The notes beneath the pieces were generated by a model. That model had not been told where the DNA came from, did no database searches, and saw nothing but the letters and a program-made list of their open reading frames with translations. This document shows, piece after piece, positions 36,925-46,224 of a stretch of 64,000 bases of DNA. The position numbers were made by a program, and so were the translations under genes. The stretch lies in contig CP070761.1 in the NCBI GenBank assembly GCA_020348985.1, positions 2,300,310 through 2,364,309 on the forward strand, read 5' to 3'. This DNA is from Candidatus Thorarchaeota archaeon (GTDB taxonomy: Archaea > Asgardarchaeota > Thorarchaeia > Thorarchaeales > Thorarchaeaceae). Within the stretch, counting starts at the first letter, position 1. Every line of letters starts with the position of its first letter.

Positions 36925-37749
36925 TTGAGAGTTCTTGTTACATCTACACAAGACATGGCGAGCATGACAATCAAGCAAGTGTTGAACGAAGAGTTTGATT
37001 TTGTTGAGACCGCAGACTCATTCGAAGGCAATCCAGTTTATGCCAGAGGCGAATCGGCAATCCTGATCACTACAACTCGAGATATGATTGATTGTGAGCA
37101 CCTGGAAGATCACTTCAACGCAGAGGTCTTCATATTCTGTTCGCGACATAGAGCGGCTTCTGGAAAGCCAGCTCTCTTGGTTCATAGTACCGGAAACTTG
37201 GGCTTGGATGCGGAATTCGGAGGTCAACCTCAGCAATTGTCGGTCTCCGCAGGAAGTCTAGTCGCTCGAGCACTGAGAACACTTCAGGATGAGAAGGAGC
37301 GACAAGACCTTGTCGACTTTGATGTGACCATGGAAGTCACTCATCATGGCCCTACGTCGATGAAGACACCGCTCATGTTCATCGAGTTGGGTAGTGAAGA
37401 AGAACACTGGAAGAACGAGAAAGGTGCTAGAGCAGTAGCTACGGCTGCAATGGCCTGCATCGACGAATCCTTCTCGAAGACTGTGTCAATCGGATTCGGT
37501 GGAAATCACTACGCAAGCAAGTTTAACAGACTTGTGCTTGAGAAAGGGGTCTGCATGGGCCACATGGCTCCCAAATATGCTATAGAGGGACTTACTCCAA
37601 ATGTGGTTAGGCAGATGATAACTAGTTCAAAAGAATTGGTTGAGCGTGCTATCATCGATTGGAAAGGTACAAACGCCGAACAGAAGGCACATTTGTTTCC
37701 AATCCTTGAGGAACTCGACATCGAAACCGTCCGTGCGAAGCACCTCTAG
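36925..37749 (+). CDS. dtdA: D-aminoacyl-tRNA deacylase (archaeal DTD2)
   Basis: SRHRA, VHSTGN, EVTHHGP, FIELGS, GFGGNHY, IDWK. Confidence 0.93.
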   Translation: MRVLVTSTQDMASMTIKQVLNEEFDFVETADSFEGNPVYARGESAILITTTRDMIDCEHLEDHFNAEVFIFCSRHRAASGKPALLVHSTGNLGLDAEFGGQPQQLSVSAGSLVARALRTLQDEKERQDLVDFDVTMEVTHHGPTSMKTPLMFIELGSEEEHWKNEKGARAVATAAMACIDESFSKTVSIGFGGNHYASKFNRLVLEKGVCMGHMAPKYAIEGLTPNVVRQMITSSKELVERAIIDWKGTNAEQKAHLFPILEELDIETVRAKHL

Positions 37750-37867
37750 ATACGACCAGACATTGACACTGTTCCCAGTCAAACAACTTGCTTTCGTTGT
37801 TATGTCTCCGAAAGTCTAATTACTGACTACTACTCTCCGCCAATAAGCGCCACTGGAGTAGGGGAAA

Positions 37868-38821
37868 ATGCCCTCAGATGATACGAAAAAGGCCATTGCC
37901 AATCTGGACGAAAAGATAGAGGCACTCTCAGATTCGGTGAATGATATCGCTGCAGAGATGAAAGCGCTCTCTGAGGTTCCCGAAATAACCAAAGCAGTTG
38001 ACACGCTATCGGCTGAACTGAAGAAGATCAAGAAGGATCTTGAACCAGTGTCGAAACTAGATGAGATAATCAAATCAGTCTCAGGTATCGCATCAGGCAT
38101 AGATGACCTGAAGAAGACCTCCAAGGACGAGGAGCTCGATAAGAAGGCAGACGAGCTAGCCGCTTCAGTCGCTGCTCTACACTCTGCATTCAAGACGTCA
38201 ATAGAGCAGGATGAGCCGCAACTTCTTGTGAAGAAGATAGACGAGCTTCAGCAATACATAGCAGATCTTTCAGGCATCGAAGAGAAGATATCAGAGATAG
38301 CTAGAAGCTTTGAAGAGACCCGTGAGATTGTGAGCATCATCGTTCGGCAGCTAGATGATGTCGAGCGAAAATACAACAAGGCCTTGGAGGAGGTAAGCAA
38401 GGCGCTAGAAGAAATGACAAAGGCCGCCGAGGCAGCTCCCAGAGCAGAACTACCTCCTCGGAGGGAGAAACCGAAGAAGGAGAAGCCAAAGAAGGAGGAG
38501 CCCGAAGAGCCCGAGGAGCCCGAGCCGCTCGGAGTCGAGGGGCTACCTGCCACTGTTGATGATCTCATGGATAAGCTTCTGAAGATGGTGACGGCGCAGA
38601 CAGAAGCCGTGCAGATGGCAACTGCACTCGAAGACACAAGAGACCAACTGACTACTATGATAGAAGAGCACACGCCTGTTATCTACCAATTCGGCAAGCG
38701 AGCACGTGAGTTGAAATCATACCCGCCAACTGCAACTCTGAATGAGAATGACATTGCAAGACTGAACAAGGAAATACGAGAGTGGGCTGTGAAACTCAGG
38801 GAGATAACACGACCGGATTAG
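37868..38821 (+). CDS. Coiled-coil protein with K/E/P linker and small helical C-terminal domain
   Basis: Heptad-rich N-terminus; EKPKKEKPKKEEPEEPEEPEP linker. Confidence 0.8.
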   Translation: MPSDDTKKAIANLDEKIEALSDSVNDIAAEMKALSEVPEITKAVDTLSAELKKIKKDLEPVSKLDEIIKSVSGIASGIDDLKKTSKDEELDKKADELAASVAALHSAFKTSIEQDEPQLLVKKIDELQQYIADLSGIEEKISEIARSFEETREIVSIIVRQLDDVERKYNKALEEVSKALEEMTKAAEAAPRAELPPRREKPKKEKPKKEEPEEPEEPEPLGVEGLPATVDDLMDKLLKMVTAQTEAVQMATALEDTRDQLTTMIEEHTPVIYQFGKRARELKSYPPTATLNENDIARLNKEIREWAVKLREITRPD

Positions 38822-38993
38822 GTGCTCAACACAAGATTCTCAGTTGTAAGCCCCTTCACGTGGCTAACCTTTATCTCTCAAAACAGAGTCTATCCTGACT
38901 GGATTCCCTTGTACGTCTTTTGAGGTCGTACAGAAGTCTGACCTACGAGTCAGACTAAATCATTGATCATAGACACATCGAGTTGAGATTAGG

Positions 38994-39827
38994 ATGAAAC
39001 TTGAGAAACATAACATCGAACTTGCGGAAAGAATCGAAATGCTCGACAATGCCTCTGACATTGAGTTGGCCAGAGAGCTGATGGAACTGCACTCCGAAAA
39101 GTGCAAGGAGTGTCAAGAAGATCGTCTCAGTTGCACTGTTCGACCGGCGTGCACTGACCGTAACTTCCTGAACGCGTTGATAGAACTAGGAGTAGAAGCA
39201 CAAGATCTTCCGAGCTTCTGCTACAGCAAGTATCTTGAACAGATTGCCAAGTTCGTGCTTTCAGGGAAGGGTAAAGGTATAGCTGACAGACGGATTCCAG
39301 AAAAGGACCTCCTGTCAACTCTCAAAGTGGCGTCAATCCGTCAATTCAACACGAAGTTCGGCAAGATTTGGGACAGATACGCCATGGTTCGTGGTCACAA
39401 TGTCATGTTAGTTGCAGGAGACGAACTGCTTTTTCACTTTGACTTTAGAAGAGGAGTTGTCATTCTCAATCCTTGGAATCTATCGATAGAAGATGTGAAC
39501 ATTTTCGATTTGTACGTTGAAGTCCTTTCCAAGCATTATGGTTTGTCTGCGTCTACTAGAAATCTTACATCCAACTGGTGGTCTATGACAGTTGAGTTGG
39601 GTTGCACACTCACGAAAGAGGAGTCATCTCGTCTCAAGGGGATTCTATCAGACCGATTCGAAGCATACCAGATCGTGGACACGGAAGAAGGCACTGTCGT
39701 TGAGATTGAGGTTGTTCTTGACCAGTCTAGTCCTTCTATAGAGCTGAGGACTATTCTTGCCGGGTTTCGATCGATGTTTGAATTAGTTGCTGGAAGGTCC
39801 GAAGTGCCTCCAGGAGTTGGGCGGTGA
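38994..39827 (+). CDS. Hypothetical protein with Cys cluster
   Basis: CKECQEDRLSCTVRPAC...FCY; 7 nt upstream of the next gene. Confidence 0.75.
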   Translation: MKLEKHNIELAERIEMLDNASDIELARELMELHSEKCKECQEDRLSCTVRPACTDRNFLNALIELGVEAQDLPSFCYSKYLEQIAKFVLSGKGKGIADRRIPEKDLLSTLKVASIRQFNTKFGKIWDRYAMVRGHNVMLVAGDELLFHFDFRRGVVILNPWNLSIEDVNIFDLYVEVLSKHYGLSASTRNLTSNWWSMTVELGCTLTKEESSRLKGILSDRFEAYQIVDTEEGTVVEIEVVLDQSSPSIELRTILAGFRSMFELVAGRSEVPPGVGR

Positions 39828-39834
39828 GTTGATC

Positions 39835-42800
39835 ATGAGCGGTACGAAAGTTTCAGAAAACAATGAGGTCTTGATGACCAGTCTTGGAATTACCGAGGTG
39901 GAATTGCGAGTTCTGCTTTCAGTCTATGCAGGCGGTCACATGACGGCTGGTGGAATATCTCTGGTTTCCGGAGAAAAGATACAATCTGTGAGGAAGGCCT
40001 TGGCTCGACTTGAGAAGAAGGGCTTGGTCGTCCCTATTGAAGGGATAATACCTGTTTACAAAGCCATTTCGCCTACGATTGCGTCGGGTGAGATTCTGAC
40101 ATCATTGCTGAACGATCTAGAGGCTGCAGAATCCTCTTCCAGGAAAGAGACTGCGCGGCTCAAAGAGGAAGTCGAAGTTACGTCTAAAGGTCTCGTTGAA
40201 GGACATCTCTCTGCAACGAAGACTTTGTGGGACCTGCTTGAAGATTATGAAGATAAGATGATTGAGACTCTCCAATCATTGATTGCAGCCGTGACGGGAA
40301 GTGCCTCTGGCGTGCTGGGTGGATTGTCAGATGCTGCAATCATCTCTCTTCAGAATGTAGAGAATGATCTGGAAGAGGATTTGGGAACCAAACTCAGAGA
40401 GCTTCAACTAGAGTTGGACAAGAGTCAAAAGGAACTCTCCAAGACGTTAAAGGCCACCCTTGGGAGTTTCAACAAGTGGTTGAAGACCGAAAGAACGACC
40501 ACCGCCAATTCAATAACCGCCTATGATACTCGTGTCGATGCCTTGCTCAAGGAGGTGAGGAAGGCAATTGACTCCGCTCTGACAAATGCTGAATCTGCAA
40601 TCGCAGTGACAAACGTAGAGCTTCTTCAGAGCATGAATTCATCAACATCAGACCTTGCAGTTAAGATTGATGCAATGCTTGAGGAATTGATGACAGATTT
40701 GGCTGACGTTAGATCTGACTTCGACGCTGGATTGTCACAAGCTCTCGACGCCTCGAAAGAGTCAATTCAAGAATACATTGAGAGTGTCAAGGCTCTCTCC
40801 TCAGACGAGGTCGAAAAGGTTCAATCGAGCATGGATGCACCAATAGCAAGAATCGAGAAAGCGTTAGATGAAGTGACAACTTGGAAGCAGGATGCTCTCG
40901 CCTACTTTGTCTCGGCAGAAAGCTCTCTCAACGCTCAACTAGACCAGCTGTCAGCTTCTGACCAGAGCTTGATTGAGATAGTGAAGAACACTCTATTGGG
41001 TCACCTCGACAGAGTAAGCTCACTGGTAACCGACGAGTACGAGACGCTCTCCTCAATCGTGACGGGAATTGAAGGCGAGTATTCTCAGCACCTCGACAAC
41101 ACGAAAGAAAGCATTGTTGCTCTAGTTCGAGAACATCTTTCTAGCGACCAGAAGGCAATGGGCACAAAAGCCGCTGCAATGCGTACTGAGCTCAACAACT
41201 TTGCCAAGAAGGCGTCTCGGAGAATCGGCAGAAGACTGACCCGTGGCACATCTAAGCTAGGAGATGTTGTTGAAGACAGATCCCTGAAACTACAAGCAGT
41301 CGCAGATACAGTGAGCAAGAAGCTCAGGACATCAATGACGGAAATAATTACCAAAACTTCGACAGCAAATGAGTCATTATTGACTGAAATGACGAAGTCT
41401 ACACATCAGCTCGAGACCGGCGTTGGCAATAGTCTTGGAACAGTCTTGAATCAGTTTGCTGCGATAACAGAGCAATACGTCGACGAAGCTGAATCTCTGT
41501 ATGCTGGACTCAATTCGAGGATTGATACTCGTCTCGGTGATACAGTGAAATCTCTCACATCCCACATGGATAGAGCAAGGCACAGCATTGAGATCATGAT
41601 AGATGACCAGATGGAGCGCATCGACAAACAAGCAGCAGGCATCCAGGATGAGTTCCATATGCAGATTGAAGAGATTACTCGTCAGTTTGTGAGTTTGACC
41701 CAGGGTCTGGAGGCTGCTTTCAATGGATTGCTTGCCAGTCAAATCATCGAAACAAGAGATTTCATTTCTTCAACACACACAGAGTTCAACACCGCTGTGA
41801 AGTCTGAAATGAACACTCTGAAGGAGGAGTCAGCAAACCTCCAACAGGAGTATTCAGCCGAACTGGGACAGAAGCTGGACGAGATTAGAGAATCGGCTAG
41901 TTCTCTACGCAAATCACTAGAGGAAGTCACTGCAGATGAGCAGAAGAACATGGCGGAGTCGATTCAGACTACATTGGATTCTCTCGAGACGGCAATACAG
42001 GCTAACCAGGACTCTCTTGTCGAGGTGGACTCCACAACGGTTAAACAAATGAAGGACGAGCTAGTCGAATTGACAAGTGATTTTGGCGCCGCTGCAGCAG
42101 CAGCACGTGTCGGACTAACGGAGAAGGTATCGGCTCTGACAGAGGCTGTGGAAAACGAACTGGAGAAGAGCATCAGGAAAGTCACAACTGTTGCAGAGAC
42201 AAGGTTTGCGGAGCAGGCGGATGTGCATCAACGGACGCTGACTGGAACAAGCAAGGATCTCGATGCCACTTTGACGAAGCTACTCAAAGACCTTACCTCT
42301 AACCTCGAGGCTTTTCAATTGACATTGGCTGAGGCAGAAGCGGAACGTGTCAAGGCCAAGAGCGACGCTCGAGAAGAAGTTGCGGACGCGTTGGATGTTA
42401 GGAAAAACGAAGCCACAATGGCTGTGGGGGCCGCCTCAGCCGCTCTCGAGTCATCAGTTGCAGGAATCGGGGCATCAATTGAAAGCCTTGAGGCACGTCT
42501 AAGCGATGATCTCAGCAGTGCATCTCTGGGTATTTCAGAGGCATCGAAAGCAGCGGTCAAGAGCTTGACGCAGAATTCGCGAAAGAGTATTTCACATATC
42601 TCCCAGACTGGTGAAGACCTTGTTCAGAAGTTCGCTGAGATGTATCAAGGTTATACTGGAGAGCTCGAGTCCAAGAGCATGATTTCGATAAGGGAGATTC
42701 AGGATCACGTTGGCGCCTTTCCAACTGCATTCTCAGTTACCGCGGAGAAATCCCTCCAGGACACAACGACTGACACTCGCAGGGTATTCGGCAAAGTTGT

Positions 42801-43728
42801 GGAGGCTCTTTCAGCCACCCTTACTGAAACGGAGCGGGCTTCTGAGTCTGCATCCGAAGAACTGAGAGGCGTCTCCGATAGGTTGGCATCCAGGGTGACA
42901 TCCGAGTTCGAGAATGCTTTGGAGGAATGCCAGGAAGGGGCAGTGACTTCTAACCAGCATGCTGCAAGGATGTTCGAATCAATTGGACTCTCACTAAAGT
43001 CTAACACAAGCAAGGCTGGCCATGGACTCATCGAGGACTTCCGTGGAGATGCGGCAAACAAGACACAAGAAATCTCCGTTACTGCCTCAGCTGCGAATGC
43101 CACGTTGGCTGACGAGACAGCCAAACTGAAGGAGGCACACACTGAGGTCCTTGAGAAACAGGAAGCAACCGTTGCCCGCAGTTTCAGAAAGTGGTCTACA
43201 AGCCAGAAAAAGTCGCTAGACAAACGCCACAAGGGACTTGTTTCTACCCTGAAAGACGCAAAAGCATCAACACGTTCAACTGTCGAGTCGGTTGAGGCGA
43301 TTCGGGAGGCAATCGAAAAACTCGCTAAAGTCACAACCGAGAAGACTTGGTATGTGTCTGGCGTTGATGAAGTCTTTGCTCACATTCACGACATGGCTTC
43401 ACGCGCAACTGAATCGATTATTATATCGGTCTACGACACAACGAACCTTGACCTGAAGGCTCTATCGCGAGCGAAGTCGGCAGGAATAAGAGTGCTCTTC
43501 GTTCCGTCATCCGATGAACCTGACTCGGCGTTAGAGGGACTATCGGGGTGGAGAGTATGGCAAACCAAGTCGCCGCCTCTATTGGCTGTAGCCGACAACG
43601 ACGAGATTCTGATAGGTGGAACAAGCGAGAGTGATCAATTGGTGTCGCTGATATCATGTGATGAATCCTACATTCATCTGTTTCGTGATGTGATTGGACC
43701 AAGGATTGTGGCATCCCGCATCTCATAG
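39835..43728 (+). CDS. TrmB-family protein with ~1100-aa helical/coiled-coil insertion
   Basis: N-terminal wHTH LGITEVELRVL...LARLEKKGLV...YKAISP; C-terminal TrmB-like WYVSG..EV..HI.DM..RA.ESIII. Confidence 0.82.
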   Translation: MSGTKVSENNEVLMTSLGITEVELRVLLSVYAGGHMTAGGISLVSGEKIQSVRKALARLEKKGLVVPIEGIIPVYKAISPTIASGEILTSLLNDLEAAESSSRKETARLKEEVEVTSKGLVEGHLSATKTLWDLLEDYEDKMIETLQSLIAAVTGSASGVLGGLSDAAIISLQNVENDLEEDLGTKLRELQLELDKSQKELSKTLKATLGSFNKWLKTERTTTANSITAYDTRVDALLKEVRKAIDSALTNAESAIAVTNVELLQSMNSSTSDLAVKIDAMLEELMTDLADVRSDFDAGLSQALDASKESIQEYIESVKALSSDEVEKVQSSMDAPIARIEKALDEVTTWKQDALAYFVSAESSLNAQLDQLSASDQSLIEIVKNTLLGHLDRVSSLVTDEYETLSSIVTGIEGEYSQHLDNTKESIVALVREHLSSDQKAMGTKAAAMRTELNNFAKKASRRIGRRLTRGTSKLGDVVEDRSLKLQAVADTVSKKLRTSMTEIITKTSTANESLLTEMTKSTHQLETGVGNSLGTVLNQFAAITEQYVDEAESLYAGLNSRIDTRLGDTVKSLTSHMDRARHSIEIMIDDQMERIDKQAAGIQDEFHMQIEEITRQFVSLTQGLEAAFNGLLASQIIETRDFISSTHTEFNTAVKSEMNTLKEESANLQQEYSAELGQKLDEIRESASSLRKSLEEVTADEQKNMAESIQTTLDSLETAIQANQDSLVEVDSTTVKQMKDELVELTSDFGAAAAAARVGLTEKVSALTEAVENELEKSIRKVTTVAETRFAEQADVHQRTLTGTSKDLDATLTKLLKDLTSNLEAFQLTLAEAEAERVKAKSDAREEVADALDVRKNEATMAVGAASAALESSVAGIGASIESLEARLSDDLSSASLGISEASKAAVKSLTQNSRKSISHISQTGEDLVQKFAEMYQGYTGELESKSMISIREIQDHVGAFPTAFSVTAEKSLQDTTTDTRRVFGKVVEALSATLTETERASESASEELRGVSDRLASRVTSEFENALEECQEGAVTSNQHAARMFESIGLSLKSNTSKAGHGLIEDFRGDAANKTQEISVTASAANATLADETAKLKEAHTEVLEKQEATVARSFRKWSTSQKKSLDKRHKGLVSTLKDAKASTRSTVESVEAIREAIEKLAKVTTEKTWYVSGVDEVFAHIHDMASRATESIIISVYDTTNLDLKALSRAKSAGIRVLFVPSSDEPDSALEGLSGWRVWQTKSPPLLAVADNDEILIGGTSESDQLVSLISCDESYIHLFRDVIGPRIVASRIS

Positions 43729-43732
43729 GCAA

Positions 43733-44203
43733 CTAGAACCGAATCGAGTAGATATCAGCATCCTCATCGTCGTAGTAGTTCTCTTTCCTATCGACGAGTG
43801 ACATCCCTACGTGCTCGTATAGGTGTTTGGCGGCATCGTTGCTCGTCCGCACCTCTAGGATGCATATGGGGATGTCCACTTTCGCAAGCTCATTGAACAC
43901 GTGACGGAGAAGCAGGCTCCCAATTCCCCTACGACGGCATTCTTCGCGCACGGCAATGTTCATGATGTGCCCTTTCGCTCTATCATTCGGAATCATCCAA
44001 ACAACATATCCTACTACTCGATCGTTCTCGGTCGCTACCCGCATTAAGCCAAGATTCTTTTCTGCTAGCGGCACTTCTCCGTCCCAGCAGGCAAACGTAT
44101 CGAAGATATCCGAATCCCACGGTTCTGGAAAGGACCTCTGTTCAATATCAGTGACGTCGTCCAAATCTTTGAGGCGGATGGGTCTGATTTCAACTGTCAC
44201 CAA
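43733..44203 (-). CDS. rimI: RimI/Ard1-like N-acetyltransferase
   Basis: IEQRSFPEPW, NIAV...RRRGIG, LEVRTSN, YY.DEDA. Confidence 0.9.
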   Translation of the reverse strand: MVTVEIRPIRLKDLDDVTDIEQRSFPEPWDSDIFDTFACWDGEVPLAEKNLGLMRVATENDRVVGYVVWMIPNDRAKGHIMNIAVREECRRRGIGSLLLRHVFNELAKVDIPICILEVRTSNDAAKHLYEHVGMSLVDRKENYYDDEDADIYSIRF

Positions 44204-44221
44204 TCAGTAAACTCTCCTATC

Positions 44222-44527
44222 CTAATCGTTCCGCCATTTGCCAAAATTGTCTTCAGCAACTGGATTTCCGCAACCAAGACAGTATCTGGCCCTGTTTGGT
44301 AGAATCTCACCGCACTCTCGGCATCTTCTCAAAGTCTCCTGAACCATCCGTAGATCAGTCAGACTACGATATGAAAGTGCGAACATGAAGAGCACGACGG
44401 CCAAGAATCCAAGAAGAATGATGCCCACCAACTCATTCGAACCTCCATAAACGAAGAAAGGGAATATGAAGACAAAGCCTCCCTGTTCAATGCCCGCAAG
44501 TGACATGAGGATAACTCCAACAACCAT
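44222..44527 (-). CDS. Small membrane protein with C-terminal Zn ribbon
   Basis: GGFVFIFPF, TM helices, CRECG...YCLGCG; frame is open to a CTG at 44569 behind GGTGTGAG. Confidence 0.7.
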   Translation of the reverse strand: MVVGVILMSLAGIEQGGFVFIFPFFVYGGSNELVGIILLGFLAVVLFMFALSYRSLTDLRMVQETLRRCRECGEILPNRARYCLGCGNPVAEDNFGKWRND

Positions 44528-44752
44528 CAGAATGATTCCAAGAGGAAGAATGAATTCATTTCTTGTCAGATTCTCACACCATCCAACTTGTCATTTTGTA
44601 CCAATTCCATATCTATCAATGGGTTGAAACAGATGGATAGACGGCAGCTACCACATCAACTCAACCGTCATAAGACATATCAATAACTGGTATACCGTTG
44701 AAGTTGGCTGTAATGACAGGTCGCGTAATCTGCTGGTTTAGAGGGATTCATA

Positions 44753-45181
44753 ATGACATCTAAGGGCAAGAAGTCACGGTTCTTGTACAAGTTCACAGTC
44801 CTCGGACCCGAGGACATTCTATTGGAGAAAGTCCTCTCGATCTTTGACGAAACGCTTGTGTCCGTTGATGGGATAAGAATCGGGTCATCAGGGGTCGAAA
44901 CAGACGATTCCGATGTCAGTGCGGTCTTTATGTCACCCAGACATTCTGCCTTGGATTTGCTCTTGTCACTCTCATACACCGGAGCCAACGGAGCAATCAT
45001 CGTTATGCGTGAGGCCGATCCAGCGATCGAAACCGTCTACAGGAATGAGATTCGAGAGAAGATTGGCAGTGGTATCCCTACAAGAGTAGTGTGCATTGGG
45101 GATGACGTGGATGAGTTCAAGCGGACCGAAGTTGCCCAGATTCTGGAGGAACTGATTGAAGAGATTCAGAATTCCAATTAG
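44753..45181 (+). CDS. Ras/Rab-fold-like protein lacking GTP-binding motifs (pseudo-GTPase)
   Basis: FLYKFTVLG and SYTGANGAIIV resemble Rab beta1 and YYRGAxGAIIV; no GxxxxGKS/T, DxxG or NKxD. Confidence 0.6.
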   Translation: MTSKGKKSRFLYKFTVLGPEDILLEKVLSIFDETLVSVDGIRIGSSGVETDDSDVSAVFMSPRHSALDLLLSLSYTGANGAIIVMREADPAIETVYRNEIREKIGSGIPTRVVCIGDDVDEFKRTEVAQILEELIEEIQNSN

Positions 45182-45258
45182 GCATGCGAGTGCAACGCAA
45201 ACGTACATCTTACAAACTCTTTTCTCGTTGTCATCAATTGTCAAAAACGGTGGCATCA

Positions 45259-46221
45259 ATGAGCTCGGATGACAAAGGTGAGAAGTACTGGCTCGGAGTA
45301 AGAGATGCACTTAGAATGGTGGATTCATTTCTGCGTTGGTCGAAGAACAACCCCGAACAAGCCAAGACTTTGGATGCGTTCATCTCTGAAGGCCTGATTG
45401 CAGCGGCAAAGAGATGCGAAGAGTGCTTGAGTAAGGATCTTGGATTGACTTTCAAGCAGAAAGAGGACGGCTCTGTCGAGATGGCCGCAATTGACGAACC
45501 CACCGACGAACCTACTGCTATCATGCCAGACGGTCACGAAACTACACCTGAAACATCTATGCATTTTGAAATCGAAGAAGTTGAATCAGAGGTCGTTGAA
45601 GACCCCGCCGAAACACTAGAACCACTCGAAGAAGATACGATTGAGCCACTGGCGCCTGAGGTCTTTGGAGACCCATCATCTTCACTTGAACTATCCCAGG
45701 AAGAGCTTGGAGCAGTAGAAGAGCCTCCCGCCAGGGACTTCGGCTCAGAGTTCAGCATAGACGAACCAACAGCATTGGTGATTGACTCTGAAGAAGCAGA
45801 AACCGAGGACGAGATTGAAACACCCCCTAGTGACTCGGGGATTACTTGGAGAGAATACGAGGACTTGCTTTCAGAAACCCCATCTATGGAAACCGAACAT
45901 GTTGGTGAAATGGTCGAAGACATTCATGAAGATGGACCTCCGATTCCGCCGCCGTTGGAAACTGAGACAGGTCCCAGTGAGCATGCGACAGTTGAGTCGG
46001 ATCGCTCTGCTCGATGGAGTCCATATGATGAGCCCTCCATCGATTCCGAAGAGATTGAGTTCGAAGAGGAAGAGGATTCAGAACTAATAGAGTTGGACGA
46101 AGCAGAATCTGAATCAGATGTCTCGGAGGGCACTCCTCCTCCACCCCCACCCCCTCCAGAGAGTGACGAAACTGAGGAAGAGCGACGCCGCCGTGCACGA
46201 AGACTCTTCTTTGGCACTTGA
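45259..46221 (+). CDS. Acidic disordered protein with folded N-terminal domain and C-terminal poly-proline
   Basis: YWLGVRDALRMVD N-terminus; E/D/P-rich middle; P8 then EEERRRRARRLFFGT. Confidence 0.8.
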   Translation: MSSDDKGEKYWLGVRDALRMVDSFLRWSKNNPEQAKTLDAFISEGLIAAAKRCEECLSKDLGLTFKQKEDGSVEMAAIDEPTDEPTAIMPDGHETTPETSMHFEIEEVESEVVEDPAETLEPLEEDTIEPLAPEVFGDPSSSLELSQEELGAVEEPPARDFGSEFSIDEPTALVIDSEEAETEDEIETPPSDSGITWREYEDLLSETPSMETEHVGEMVEDIHEDGPPIPPPLETETGPSEHATVESDRSARWSPYDEPSIDSEEIEFEEEEDSELIELDEAESESDVSEGTPPPPPPPPESDETEEERRRRARRLFFGT

Positions 46222-46224
46222 TTG

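Noticed and set aside
39835-43728. SMC/Rad50 or methyl-accepting chemotaxis protein
   Set aside because: No Walker A/B, signature motif, hinge or MCP hairpin consensus.
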